A stretch of 64,000 bases of DNA from assembly GCF_021028975.2 (NCBI RefSeq), contig NC_059435.1:38192001-38256000 (forward strand), in the 5' to 3' direction. Each line of letters starts with the position of its first letter. Positions within the stretch are counted from its first letter, which is position 1. The notes below the pieces were generated by a model. That model did no database searches, was not told the DNA's origin, and saw only the letters and a list, made by a program, of their open reading frames with translations. This DNA comes from Sphaerodactylus townsendi. Its lineage: Eukaryota. The translations under genes were made by a program, and so were the position numbers. Of this stretch, positions 38,559 to 52,389 are shown piece after piece.

Positions 38559-39031
38559 GCTGGGAAGGTTTGCAAAGAGCAAACACTACTGCTAATTAGG
38601 GAAGGTTTTATTCCCTGGGATATTTCTGGAATTTGGATGCCAGGCTGGCCCAAATAGTATACAGTGCTGGTTCCTGGCCAGCCCATTGTGTTCCAGACTG
38701 AGATACAATGATAGTTGTCACTGTCAAGATTGCCTTTGACTCTTTGCCCTTGTCTGGTATTTGAACATCCTGTCTTCCTGGGATACCACTAGTCCTGCAG
38801 AGAAGACCTGCCTGGAGAAGGGGGCACCAAAGGGTTTGACTGACCCAAAATATTTGACTTTTACAATTTTCATTGTTGTATTTGTTTGTGCTTGGTAGTG
38901 GGTTGATGAGAGTGTGAGGGAGGCTGAGGGCTTAGGTCCAAATGTCTAGGGTCCAGGCTAAGCCTACACAGCCTAGTTGGACCTGTTTATTTAAAAGTTA
39001 CCTTAAACAAGAAAATTGCTTGTTTTTCTTT

Positions 39032-39329
39032 GACCCCTTCCGCACGGGCCAAATACAGTGCTGTGCAAACGGTGTCAATAACACTTGATCCATTCGCACA
39101 GCCAGCCCTCCTGTCAACATCAAGCGCATTGGCAGGGCCGCGAGACTTTGCATGGCGGTGTGGCTTTTTTGTTGGCCATTCATTTTTACATAGCTATGCA
39201 GGAATGCACACATGTACCCCCACAATGCTGACATTCCGTGACACCCTGAAACAACCCTGTGTGCCAGCGTAGCTACACAGACGTGAAACGGAAATTTTAA
39301 AGCTGTTTTTGGCCCGTGCAGAAGGGCCC
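39032..39329. mobile_element. PIF/Harbinger-type MITE, 298 bp
   Basis: TIRs GACCCCTTCCGCACGGGCCAAA / TTTGGCCCGTGCAGAAGGGCCC; TTT on both flanks. Confidence 0.85.
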
Positions 39330-40056
39330 TTTGTTCCACACCTACTGTAAAATTTGATAATTGACTGTTTTTGCGTTTTTAAGAGTTCTAAAAATGTCTG
39401 ATTTAAGATTGCTGTTGTTGTGCTATTAACAAATTTGTGGAGAGAACTGTTAAACTTCTGGTTAAATCTCTCTCCCCCTTCCCTTTGGTGTTTTTCTCTC
39501 ACTGCTGCTATTTCATTCTGTTCTTGAGTGCAGGATTTTGGTTGGATTTGTTGCTGTTTAATTAAGGCTTACCTTAATCAAACAGCATGTCCTACAGTTG
39601 AATCTCTCCCCCCCCCCCTCCGGGGTGGTCTTTTCTCCTGCTGTTTCAGTGTTGGTTGGCTTTGAGTGTGGGGTTTTTTTTGCAGATTTTTTTAAAATTA
39701 AGGATTACCTGATATTACAGTTTAATATCTGAATTTTCTTCCACAGCCGTTTTGGCGTTTTTCCTTCCTGTTGGTTCTGTGTTTGCTGGGTGGGCCTGTG
39801 GGTCTTCCCAAATTAGTATATTGGTTTTTTGGGAGAGGTTGTTTCTCTGCTGAGAAAGGTCGAGCAGCCTTGTTGTGGTAAAATTTCTGGGCTCTCTATA
39901 TTTGAGCAACAGTTTTCCTAAATGTTAAATTTCATTAGAGGCTAGTTATAAAGGACTTGATACGGTTTGTTAGAGTTTCATTTAATTCAGTGCTGTACGA
40001 TTTCAGTTTCTTTCTTAACAGGATATAACTAAATAAATGGGACGGTTCTGTTAGAC

Positions 40057-40204
40057 CAGGGGTCTGCAACCTGCGGCTCTCCAGATGTTCACAGACTACA
40101 ATTCCCATCAGCCCCTGCCGGCATGGCCAATTGGCCATGCCGGCAGGGGCTGATGGGAATTGTGGTCCATGAACATCTGGAGAGCCGCAGGTTGCAGACC
40201 CCTG
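40057..40204. mobile_element. Palindromic hAT-type MITE (148 bp)
   Basis: CAGGGG...CCCCTG palindrome; 8-bp TSD TGTTAGAC (40049-40056, 40205-40212). Confidence 0.95.
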
Positions 40205-41869
40205 TGTTAGACTATTTGGCAATATGTGCTAAGTGTTTGCAGGAGCAATGTCAGTTGCACCATTGGGTTTGGTTGTGAGTTGATGCCGAGCAGTTGGTTA
40301 TCTTTACCAGCTGCTTATCAGTGGTGTAGCTTCTATGCTCACTATCTCTCTCTTTTTCTCTCTCTATCACTATCTCTCTCTCCTCTATTTGTATGCAGTA
40401 TTGCTGTGTTGGTATGCTATCTGGTATGACATGCTTTTTATGCATGTCAGTCTGTTTTACTTGCAAGTGCTTGAGCACTTATGTTTTGACTTCTTTTGTA
40501 AATATGTTCTTATGTAGCCTGCCTTACTTTTAAACTCTATAAAGAAGTAACATTCTTAAGCAACAATGCCGTGCGTATTTTTTGCTCTGCTAGAAGCCGA
40601 GTGGCTTCAGCTTCAGTCCTTCTATCAGGTTCTGCATTTACAAATAGTTAAATAGTGTAAAAATAACCTTTTTGGGGTTCGGCCCCACCTTCACTACATG
40701 TGAAGGTGGGTTGACTTAGACATTAACTACTTAGGCCTGAGACTTTTTAGAGCAGATTATTCCAGGTTCTTTTGGAACCTGCAGCAGTTTTCAGTACTTG
40801 AACAGTAGGACTTGGACTGTTACATTTCTCTGGTCTTAAAAGTTTTTCCCCTCTGGTGCTCTGGTGGAAGTCTTGCTCTGGGTAAGGGCACCAAATTTGT
40901 CACAGGGCTCCTGGTTACTCTCCTCATAGGAACCAACCAACTTTGCTGAAGTTTGGGGGCGGGGGATGAGGCAATGCTATAGGTACCCAAGTGAAAGAAA
41001 ACCTGGTGCCCACAGAATTGGGCCTCCGCCCACCCAAAGTTCAAGATAATTGGTTGGTTCCTGTGAGGAGAGTCACCAGCAGCCCTATGGCAAATTTGGT
41101 GCCCCTACTGAGAGCAAGGTACCCCCATGGCCCCCAATAAAATCTCTAGCACAGTGCAACTGAAGTAGAACAGAAAACCACATATAATTCTATGGAGGGG
41201 GAAAAGTACTCATTTTTCCCACCATAGATAGTTGCTAAAGCCTGCCAGATTCTTTGATCTTGACTTGGGTATTTGTAGTGGGCGCATTTTTAAGGTAGAG
41301 GTACAAACTTGCAAGGTGGTTTGAGGAAATTATTCTGATGATAGTACTCAATTCTGGTCAAGCTTGGGGCTACTACTCCTTTAAGGACCCTTAGCACTGG
41401 TCTCCCTGAACCAACGTTTACCAAACTTGGGTGGTCTCATCAGGAGAGTCTTCCAAAGCTACCGGAAAGTTTGGTGCTGCTACCTTAAAATTCACACCAT
41501 ACAGGTGGAAAACCAAAAAAAAGTTTTTAAAAATCCCCATATTCTTAGACGGACTTGAACTGTTTGTGTGTGTGGGGGGGGGGAGGGGGGGAATATTTCC
41601 ATGTGTCCCAAATCATAAATTCAGGTTTTTCATGTTTTATGTAACCCTGAAAAACCCAAATTTGAATTTTATACCTCCCCCACACAATTCTTTTTTGCTC
41701 AAGTCTAGTAGAAATCAGTGTAGGAAGCATCTGTCAGTATTTTATTTTTAACTTGGGAGGGTCACTGGAATAAAACCTGGAATACACTGCCTTGATGACA
41801 TAATCATCTTGAAGTCTCTAGCAAAATCTGGTGCATCTCCCAGCCCCAAGTCGCACTGTATGGACTATT

Positions 41870-42272
41870 AGATTGATCAAAAACAGGGAGGCCATTGAAA
41901 TTCACAAACAACAAGACAACTTCAATAAGAAAGAAGAGACTCTGAAAATTAGCAAAGCTTGGCTCCCAGTACTTAAATAATGGACTGATAACCCCACTCG
42001 CAATACAATGCACACTACCACACCTTTGCATTGCAAGTTCCACCCAAACACTTAATGATTGGTTCCCCACCCAGGGACATGGACAATATACCACACTAAA
42101 CTTTCACTTCTCACAAGACACAGTGAGACGTTTCTCTGTGATACACCTCTGAAGATGCCAGCCACAGATGCAGGCGAAACATTAGGAACAAGATCCACCA
42201 GACCATGGCCACACAGCCCAGAAAACCCACCAGAACCAGTTGAATCCAGCCGTGAAAGCCTTCGACAATACA
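41870..42272 (+). mobile_element. Penelope-like element 3' end (ORF C-terminus plus pseudo-LTR)
   Basis: Translates REAIEIHKQQDNFNKKEETLKISKAWLPVLK, typical of the end of PLE GIY-YIG ORFs. It is followed by a CTGAAGA...GAAAC motif and ends GAAAGCCTTCGACAATACA. Confidence 0.8.
42146..42186 (+). ncRNA. Minimal type I hammerhead ribozyme motif (probably degenerate)
   Basis: CCT-CTGAAGA-T-GCCAGC-loop-GCAGGC-GAAA-C-ATT-AGG: CUGANGA and GAAA cores, stem II with one mismatch, short stem I CCT/AGG. Confidence 0.65.
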
Positions 42273-43639
42273 AAAAACAGTGTTGTTCAACAGACAAAAT
42301 ACATTGGCAAAACATCAGTTAAAAGGTGTCAGAGCAACCCAAAATGTATTTGCAATGAGAAAGAAACTCAATTCCTGCAATAGCAAGCAGAACAAGACCA
42401 CCTGCTTTTCGCTGTGTCCATTCACAGCCTTCCATACAGTAACAGCCTACCAAAATGTTACCAAGGGGCTCCTTCAAATAATTCAGCATAATCTCAAAGT
42501 ATTTCCTATTCACTTTCTCCCCTATTCTCTCCTTCACAACCAAAAATACACAAAATCTATAACGTGATAAAATATTTCTTTTCCAGCTGGTAAAAAATAG
42601 AACTGCAAGGCATCATAAGCCACCATGAATGTGATATTCTTGTTCATTATCTCTATATATACACATATAGAGAGACAGAGAGTCACAGCTTTCTGCTGGA
42701 TGAAATTCAATCTGCATATAGAGACCCTTCTCTTCCCTTATGCTGCCAAACTGTATGCAATTGAAATGCCTGGTGGGCTGGTGACAGTGGGGGCTGCCAG
42801 GTTCAATTTTCAGCAAAGTGAAAACTGACACACTGGAATATCACACATTTGCATAACATTTAAGCTTTGCATCCATAAGAATACCATTTTCTTTAACATT
42901 TATATTTGGCAATGCAGCTCCACATAGTTTCTTTTTTAAAAAGTCCTATCATTCAATCCCACACATTATAGTTTTAATCCTGTTCGCCTGCCAATTACCT
43001 GGAACCCACCTACTCGCTTACATGGCTGATGGGATAGGATTTGTTCGCTCACCAGCAAACATTGTTGCTTCTGTCTCAAGATGAGAGGACCTGTATCTGC
43101 CATATCTGTTCCAGAAAGGAATAATTAAGGTGGTCTCTCGATTTTTCTCAGAGTTACAGGTGAATGGGAATGCTGCTCTCCAATGTCAAGGCAGATAAAC
43201 ATCATTAAAAATTATACATAATAATCCAAACAAATCAGGTCTCCCCAAAAGATCCAGTTTCAGTTACAATAAAATCTCTAAAACAGTGAGGTTTAAAAAT
43301 TAATCTGAACTGAATCTAAACATGAAACATCTTAAAACTAAACTTATGACTCTTATGAATGTATGAAGGAAATTTCCAAAGCCTGATCCTAGCAGACACC
43401 ATGGACTGACAAATCACTCTTGAGTCATCCACTGAGCCATCTTTCTCTCTGTGTGAATAATTGTTATTGTTAAGACTATTTAAAGACACACAAGCAAAAA
43501 GCAACAAACAATAATCAAAATCATACTACAGGGAGAAAGAGAAAAAGAGAGGGCTCCAGGCTTCATCTGTGCCAAATATAAACACTATGAAAAATTTATC
43601 ACTTGCTCTCTAGTTACAACTATAAAACTGATTCTTAAT

Positions 43640-44730
43640 TATTATTTCTAACAAAATTAACTTTTTTCTCTATTATGTCTATTTTCTTGCTCTTCTATTC
43701 TTCAAATCCACAAACCATCACTACATTTTTTTTGTTTTATGCAAAAAGTCTATCAGGGGTTTACAGCTATCAATGAATTCAGCAAAGTTCTTTATAATCA
43801 TCTCCCCCAATTCCAATATCATTACAAACAATTATTCTATTGTAGGTATCAATGAAATTTCCCAATTTTGCACATAAAATATTCTTGCTGCCAATGTCAT
43901 ATAGAAAAACAAAGTCCTTTTTCCCCCCCAAAAGAAAAGCCTCTGGTTTCATTTGTATATTGATCTTAAAAACCTTGTGGATTGAGTACATTTGTATCCA
44001 AAATTCTTTAGCATTATTACAACTTCATAAGTGATAGAAAGACCCTTCATGATGTTCACATTTTTAATAGACATTAGAAACGTTTTATATATCTTTGTGA
44101 ATTTATGCAGTGACAAATACCAATGATACATTATTTTATAAAAATTCTTTTTAAGATTGAAACTTAATGTAAATTTAACATCTTTTAATCACATATTCGC
44201 CTATTGTTCCATCTGTATATTATGTCCAAAATTAATAGCTGATTTCATCATAAAATATTTCACTCCTTTATCTGTTTCACATCTTAACAAGAATTTATAC
44301 ATTTTGGCAATAACATGATTGTCATTTGTACGTAGTTGCACTCAAATTTAACTATATAATCTTCAAAAACAAATCATCTATCTGTTTTAAATCTTTCAAA
44401 TAACTGTGCATGAAAAAACCAATAGCAGATATGTTCATCTGCTATTAAATCTTCTTTTGATTTCATTTTGCATTCTCCTTAAGAAAAATCTAGTATATCA
44501 CTAGGACAGCATCCTTGTGGTAAGAGTTTCCTCTCTCTGGGAACTATAAATCAGAAAAGAACTTTTAAAAGGGAAATTTAAAAAGATAAGAACTTGGAAT
44601 AATTTGACAAAGAGTAAAGAAAGGGCAAAAATAAGAAGGGGTATTCTTCTGATATATTTTATTTAAATACGGACTTCTGTTGCGGGTTTTGAGATAAAAA
44701 TGCATTTGAAAGAAGAATACTTTGAGGAAA
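43640..44730 (-). mobile_element. Decayed L1-clade LINE, ORF2 C-terminal region
   Basis: Minus-strand remnants KENFYKIMYHWYL, EGSFYHL and AKEFWIQ resemble the Cys-rich C-terminus of non-mammalian L1 ORF2. Boundaries approximate. Confidence 0.65.
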
Positions 44731-44747
44731 ATTTTGACGGGGTACAA

Positions 44748-45025
44748 TTATTATTATTTATTATTATTATTATTATTTATTTAATTTGTATACCGCCCGA
44801 TCCCCGAAGGGCTCCGGGCGGTGAACAACATTCACTAAAACATCAACAGGAGCGGTCGTACAAATATAAACACATAGGCTCCATCCCATAAAATAGCTTA
44901 AAACTCATAAAACAGCAAAAAACCATAATACATAATAAAAGGCGTCCGACCCCAATTTAAAACCTACCCCCATGGGGGGGATGGCAGGACCCCTCAATAT
45001 GAGGGGACCCTGATGTAACTGCCCT
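44748..45025 (-). mobile_element. L2-type 3' end with (TAA)n tail
   Basis: (TTA)n followed by TATACCGCCCGATCCCCGAAGGGCTCCGGGCGG, the reverse complement of a GGGCGGTATA-tail terminus. CpGs are retained. Confidence 0.6.
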
Positions 45026-45229
45026 AGGGGCAGTTACATCACAAGGGGTTCACTTTAACCTTGTGAGACAGCCATGTGGTCCTTTATATTTAGCTTTGGC
45101 TAAATAACAAGAACTGGTTGCTATGGAAACATCTGGAATGTAAACAGTAGGTGGATTACTTATCACTGACTGGTGAAAGAGCAGCTGTCAGTTTAAGGAC
45201 TTTACCCACTTTTTTCTATACAGATTTCA

Positions 45230-46560
45230 CTATGAGGAAGAACTCTTTAGAGGTTTCCCCAGAAAAGTTAATTACAACAGGGATCACAGAAAAATATTTT
45301 GACTAATTAACAGAGAAACTGGAGACAAATGAACAGAAGATGGAAAAGGAATTTAATAAATTAGGATTATAAAGGGATTAATAAAAGGATTATAAAGTTG
45401 AGAGAAGAACTTACAGGAGGATGAAACAACCTCTGGAACTGGCGTGGAGCCACACTGACACATTTGCTCACCTCACTGGTGTATGAGCCACTCCAGTCTA
45501 AAGCTGGAAAGCAGGGTGGATGAGAATGGGCCAAGGTCAGTTTTGGCTTCCACACGGTTTTCGATCTGGAAACGCCCCTGGCCCAGGCCTCCAATTTACA
45601 GAACCCAAACGGGTGGCATAAGTCCATTTTGCCCTAAGGAGGTCTTTTAGGCCACCAGAGATTTTCTAATGTTTGCTGTATTTCCAAGCCACCGGGAAGC
45701 CCTCTGAAGGCAACACAGCAGCACATCAGCAATGTGGATTGTGAGCTGCCGGAGTCCTCTGGATTGGGCAGTAAGATATAATGTTTTTAAAAATGGAAAA
45801 TTCTATAAATCAAGTGTCTGGAGAAATAAAACACATTAATGATATAGTTGAATCAACTGAGGAGAAAACTGAAACTCTCAAAAAAGATTTGGAAAAAAAG
45901 GACAATGTTGGAAATGAGAAATAAATAATTTTGTTTGAGATTCAGGGCAGTACAGAAGAAAACATTAGACCAAGGATTTTAACTGTTTTGGCAAACTTTC
46001 TAGGGATTGAAGAGAAAGCTATGGAGATGGAAGTTGATAAAGTCTATAAATTAAATTCCAGGTGTGCTATAATGAGAAAAGTCCCAAGAGACATATTGGT
46101 TCAGTTTGTGAAGAAGATGAAAGATACCATTCTCTAACAGCATTCTGATACAAAGCTAAAAACTGACACTGTAGACACAAGTTTTTTTGAAAGGTAGAGA
46201 AAAGAATACACCTTCCTAACTGGGAAGTTGAAGCAAAAGATTAGGTTCTGTTGGGAAAAAATGGAAGGTGTATCTTTTAACTTTAAGCAACACAGGTTTA
46301 GACTGAATCCAAAGAGCTAGAGAATTACTTGAGATGTATGAAAAGGATCTTAGCGATACAGAGACTAGTTTAGAAGATTCAGACCAAGAACGATCAGAAT
46401 TAGAGCAAGAACCTACAGGGCAATAAGGGTTGTTAACAATCGGGAACCCAAATATGGATCACAAATGTTTGACATGGAATATAAGCGGGGCTAGTGCTAC
46501 ATAAAAGAAGAGAAACTATTTCATCATTTAAAAAAAACCCCAATATTATTTGTTTACAAT
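45230..46560 (+). mobile_element. Decayed L1-clade LINE ORF1 and start of ORF2, interrupted by another repeat (~45427-45790)
   Basis: ORF1-like EVDKVYKLNSR...KVPRDILVQF; ORF2 start MDHKCLTWNISG...NIICLQ near 46455-46560. Confidence 0.75.
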
Positions 46561-47184
46561 CTTGGAGTGAGTTGCAAAAACCTCCATTTTCATGCTTTAC
46601 TCAAAAGGAGAGCTTCTTGAAGCGACATGGGTTATCTCCCAAACACTCTTTGTCCAGAGTATTTACTTGGTTGGTGATTTACACTATCAGTTGGCATTTG
46701 AGCCACGAAGATCCTCCACAGTTTGCAAAGGAATCAACAAGCCATAAATCCCCCCACTGGAAGCCCATCCACTGAGCCATCTTGGTGATCTTTTACCCCT
46801 ATTTTATGCCTAGAAATTACCTGATCTCTGCTATTGGCTCAGCATTATAAACATTTATGACTCTTATGAAACAAGCAAGGACATTTAACCATCTATTCTC
46901 ATGAGAACACTGATCTGACCAATAGCTACCATCATCCCCTGCTTCTCACTGAGATTATTTACTTTCTCTGTGGGGCATGGCAATTGTAAAACAGCTATAA
47001 AAGAGAAAGGGCAAAATGAGAAAGAACACTGGGAAAAAAGCACCTTGTAGCATTGATTCCTACAAAAACCTGTAAGAATTGCAGAAAGTAAGAAAGACTA
47101 TATTTGAGATAGTGGACATAGTTATTTAAAGCTATGTACCATATACCATTTTCCAAAAATAAAAAACTTATAGTATAGTCTCTG

Positions 47185-47372
47185 TGGAAGGGCTCTGCGG
47201 TATAACACCTGCTTTGCATTGAGAACAAGGGGGAATCTCCAGGATTTCTGGATAAAAGTATCAGGCAGCAACAGAATGAAAGACCTCTGAGATCTTAGAG
47301 TCACTGTCACTCAGATTAACCGGTGCCTGACAGACCAGTGAACAGATTCAATGTAAAGCAGCTTCACATATA
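47185..47372 (+). mobile_element. Degenerate tRNA-derived SINE (Squam2-like)
   Basis: Decayed tRNA head (CACCTGCTTTGCAT), GAAAGACCTCTG and terminal AAGCAGCTTCA pattern. Family name is from memory. Confidence 0.45.
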
Positions 47373-47721
47373 TGATGCTGCATAAAGGGACTGATCAGGG
47401 ATAGGACGGGATATAAATCCAAATAAATTAATAGGAAAACCGTGCACTTTGATACAGTAACTATCTAAATTATAAATGCACATTTTGATTTAAATCAGTT
47501 TCCCACCCACTGTCCAGCCATGACACAAATCACTTAGTTAAATCAATCCACTCTATTCTATATGGTGACAAGACTGGCTTGTTGCCACTATCCAGTTTCT
47601 TCTTTCAAAAACAACAGAGCATGTATTACAACAGAAGCAAAGTCAGCTTTTTCAGGGTGCATACCAGACTGTAACATCTGCAGGATGAGATGAAACAATA
47701 CAAGCAAGCATCAAATTAAGG

Positions 47722-47825
47722 CTAGCCTGGGTTGTTGTCATGAAAATAAAATGGGAAGAAGAATTGTGTAAGCAGTTTTGGGGCCCCAATGAGCAGAAAA
47801 GTGGGATACAAACAAACGAAATACA
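47722..47825 (+). mobile_element. SINE 3' half (Squam3/MIR-like)
   Basis: GGGTTGTTGTCATGAAAATAAAATGG...GTAAGCAGTTTTGGG...GAAAAGTGGGATACAAA. Confidence 0.5.
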
Positions 47826-50800
47826 TTATTTTGTTCAGCCAGTGTAGGAATGGCACTTGGTTGAGGTTACAAAAGAAGAAACATGTTGTGAGACCATAAC
47901 AAAGCAGAACCTTGGAAACTTTCCACAAGGGTTTCTTCTTCTCTGAGGTAAGAAGGGCATCTTGAAGCTTGGGTGTTCCCCACTACCTGCTCATGAAGGA
48001 AGGACTAAAAACTTTCCACTTTCTGTCTCCCAGGCAGAAAACTCCTGGCTCAGTTTAAATACTTTCCAAGCGAACAAGTAGTACAGGAAGAAAAGAAAGT
48101 GAACATAGGACAGTAACAAGAACAGGTTAAACAACACTGACATAGTGAAAAGAGTGTTACAACAACAGTAACCAAAGATCTGGTGCTGAGGAAGGAGACA
48201 AATCAGGTTTTGTTCTCTTTCATACCCTCTAATAATATATTCATTGCCATCAAGCCTTATTCTTGTATTTTAATTTCTGCCGCATGACAAAATCTTATCC
48301 GATTTACCACTTCTTCGTTCTTTGGGAAGGTAAGTGCCCTTCTTATATCAGGGCAGAAGGAACCCACAGAGTAAGTTGCCAAGGTTCTGTTCTCACCATG
48401 AGAAGAAGAGCATTTTGAAACTTGGGACTTCCAAAGGCAGTATCTCTCTGTCTTCAGGTGGTAATTACTCCACTACATGCTGCAGAACTCTGCGCCCAAA
48501 GGCCTCATTGGTCCAAAAAATTGGATTTATTTTTGTAGTGCCTGATGAAAGTTCATATGAAGGACCAAGTGGCTGTCTCACATATCTCCTCAACTGAGGC
48601 TTGATATGGTTGAGGGTAGTGTTAGCAGCTGTATTTCTGAATGAACTGTGATGTCTGTTGGGACAGGGAAGCTACTGGCTTTACAGGCTAAAGTTACCAT
48701 AGTCAAGAATATGGTATTCATGCAAAGCCACTTAATCAGAACCTCTTGTCCGGGCTCGGCTGCAGCGCCCGGACTTACCCCACTGAGTCCTGCACCAGCT
48801 GGCACTGCAGGAGATGGGAAGGCTGCAGAGGAGCCTCTTGCAGGAAGGGTGAAGGCCTTAGAGGCCTCAGAAGCCTTGTTCAAAGGGGAAGGAAGGGAAG
48901 AGAGGAGGCTTAGGCCCAGCAAGCCCACAGCTGAGGCGGCTGGAGAAGCAGCTGGGACAAGGAAGAAGAATGAGAGGGCAGAAGGTATATACGGAAGTGG
49001 GAAAGGGCGAGTCTGGAGCTGCCGCAGCAGCAGGGAACATGGGTGGTGTTATGAAGAGACAAGGGAAAGGGACAGCTCAATGGTGGGAAGTGGGAAGGAG
49101 GGAAGAGGACCCTGAAGCCCAGACCCCCTTTGAGAACCTAGACCCTGGTTCAAGCTGGTCCCCACCCTGTGCAGTAACAGGGTGGGAGTCGTTCACACAA
49201 ACTGTAAACACCTCTCTCTGTGAGGCCACAGGGGAGAGACAAAGCCCTGGAAACTCCTCTCCCTGTGAATCAACAAGGGAGAAAGAGAGGGAGGGTGTAA
49301 ACTCTCAAGCCAGTCAGGGGAAGGGAAGCAAGGAGACCTACTAGGAGGAGGATGGCATGGGCGATGGCTGCCCCGTACACCCAGTGCTTTGCGGGCGCAG
49401 TGGTTTCTTGGCCCTTGGGCCAATTGGGAAAGTCATCGTCTGGGGAGACCAACCCCCAGGTTAGGGAGGAGGGAAGGATACACCACCCAAAGGGCCCAGG
49501 CGAGGGGGGGAACGCCATACCTCTCTTAGTGGTTCAAAAATAGCCTTAGTGAGGGCAGATAGCACCACAAAATCCTTCTCTGCCCTAACGTTATATTGGT
49601 AGTTGGATATAAAATTGACAAAGCTGATCCAATCATCCCTGATTCTTTCTATCTCTACCTCAACATAACATGGCAAGTTCAGTAAAAGAAAGAGAAGTTT
49701 TAAATTCCTTTTGGAACTGGAGGGGGAGAAGAAAATGACTGAAAGAGAGGTTGGACATCAACCTGGGGCATGGATAAGGACCAGCTGTTTGGTGGAGTGC
49801 AGAAAGACTGTTTCAACATGATTGCATGCTCAAGGGAAACTGGGTCAGAAAAAGATTTGTTTAAATCATGGTTAAAGTCCTCGGGAAAACAATGGAGGAA
49901 AAATGAAGAGAACACATTTCCAGAACAGAAGAAAAAACATGCAGGATCCAAAGGGAAAAAATACTATTTGGCAGCAAGATATATTGTAAATGAAATGTGC
50001 GGAAAGTGCCAATTTCAGTCATCACAAAATCCATACTCATTAATAAGAATCTTCTGCCAGAGATATCTTAAACATCTGAATCTTATTTGGTTAGAAAACA
50101 AATACTTTAACTACTCAAGCGCCTCCCCCGATCTTTGGTTCCCCTAGCAGGCATTCCTAAGAGGACAACCCACAGTAAAAGAATCATTCACTAATGGAAA
50201 ATATTTCTCTGTATGAGCAATCAATCAAGTAATTAGTTTTTGCATAATAAATATAATCCTTTGCCTCCAATGCCCATTATCACAGTATGAGTCTCAATAA
50301 TTCCTACAAGACCATTTACAAGAAGTATTATTCTGGGGAAAGAGTCTGCATTTCACTACAAGCAAGTTTTTGGTTACATGAAATAGTGACCATCACTGAC
50401 AATACCCAGCTTAAAACATTCCAACTATTTCTATTTAAATTTTTAAAAAACAATTAAATCCAAACCATTTCAAATAGCAAAGGGAGGGAGAGTTAAACAT
50501 GCAGTAATTTACTGGTCCTATATCTACAAGTGGAAGTGATAAGCCAACCTTCTTGAAGAAGTCATTTCGTTTTCCAAACTTTTGGATGGAGAAGGCGAAA
50601 CTTTTTACAATAAGGTGGTAATGGCCACAAATCACTCATATAAGGAACATTCAAGCCTCGACTATTCCAATCTGGCTGTGTGTATATAACTGCAGAAGCT
50701 AAAGACCTTCTCAGGAAACCATCAATGAATACCAAAATATTTCTTATGTCTTTTATCTCACTATGTTGAACGATAAACATCTCTGGTTCAAATCTATACA

Positions 50801-52259
50801 AGTCTACCTTTTTATATTCTATACTTATATTCCCTAAATGCCTAGACATTCCAATAACATTCCATATGTGAAGAGGAGTTGATACTGGGCATGTTATGAA
50901 GATCCTCACATCTAGAAACAATAATTATTACAATTGTAGATTTCATTTTTCATGTGACTATAAGGCACTACAAATTCAGAAGATATGCCACAATAATCAA
51001 CTGAAGAAATAAACTTGTTGACTACTAAATAGCAGTTACATACCTGCTAGATTTCATTTTCAATGGGAAAGTGATGACATAACCTCTTTCTATGCTATCA
51101 CTTCCTGAGAGGGAAAAGACAACTACAGTTAGATCAGAACTCACATAACGGTTACACTCACACTTCTCCAGAATTAAAGAGCTAGGGATTTACAAGATTT
51201 CCAGAAAATAACTGAAACTCCTTTGCATATTGGTCATATACATCTTGTCTGTCACCATGGGGGGGGGGGGGGCAAACTTTGGTACATAAAGTGAACATAC
51301 TAACCCACTCTTAAGAATTTTAACTACATCTGTAACTACTCCATTGAAAGACACAAATACTTTAAGTATTCTTGTGCACTGTTTATTGATATTTTCAAAT
51401 TCTCATCTTTTCACTGAAGTTTTAGAGAACTCATGTGTCCAGAGATTGCCTGTGGGTTTATCCGACAAGCTGGCAGCTCTGAAGTGACTTCGAATGTATA
51501 CATGAACAGAAACAAATTATGTTGTTTTCACACCCAACTCAACTGACATTCTCTTTCCAGTCACTTTGTTTTATATGCAGAAAGATAAGCATTTCCAGAA
51601 GTCCAAAATAGTGAAATACTAAAGCCAGCACAGTACTGTGCATACTTATTTACCTCCAAACGACTATTTCCCTCTTCCTAGTATTAACAATAATATGTTT
51701 GAAACAGGTATAAGACTTCCAGAAGTTGATAATATTTTAATAGCATGCAGTCAATACTGATGTACTTATATAGCATTATCTGTTAAATGCCACAATAGAG
51801 GGCAAATTGCAAGGAGCTCATACGACAGCATTTTTTTAACTGTATTTTTTCTGTATTACCCAACTGCCAGGGCACAGTGTATATGGTCAAGCAGACAAAA
51901 CTGAGAAGTGATTGTTTGAGAAAGCTACTTCCTTATCTAGAAAAAGAAGCTACTTGCTCTATGATGACGTAACAGTTCCCCAAAAAGAAAGAGTTGTATC
52001 AAATAGCAATCTGAAGTTCTGCATAAACAAATGGAAAAAATTAACAATATGCTACCTAAGCACAGTTCCTGAGAAGAATTTGAAATACAAGCAGTGCAAT
52101 TGAGGGACATCTTAACACTCTGGATATTCATGAAGGTCTCTGATAAGAAAAAGCTAGTCAGAAATTTCATAAAGGGATGGGTGTAAAGAGTTTCAGGAAA
52201 CATTCCAAGGAGGACTGGCTGAATGACCAAGCACCTTGGTCTTAGGAAAGATTCTCATA

Positions 52260-52389
52260 GGCTCATTCCGCACACGCAAAATAATGCACTTTCAAGCTGC
52301 TTTCACAACTGTTTTTGCCATTCCGCACAGCTTCAAAGAGCCCTGAAAGCAGCTTGAAAGTGCATTATTCTGCGTGTGCGGAATGAGCC
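52260..52389. mobile_element. 130-bp variant of the PIF/Harbinger-type MITE (more symmetric TIRs)
   Basis: GGCTCATTCCGCACACGCA...TGCGTGTGCGGAATGAGCC; TSD ATA. Confidence 0.92.

Noticed and set aside
48590-49690. Overlapping 110-155 aa ORFs in a GC-richer stretch
   Set aside because: Low-complexity translations with no recognisable domain. Probably decayed LINE sequence, but I cannot assign it.
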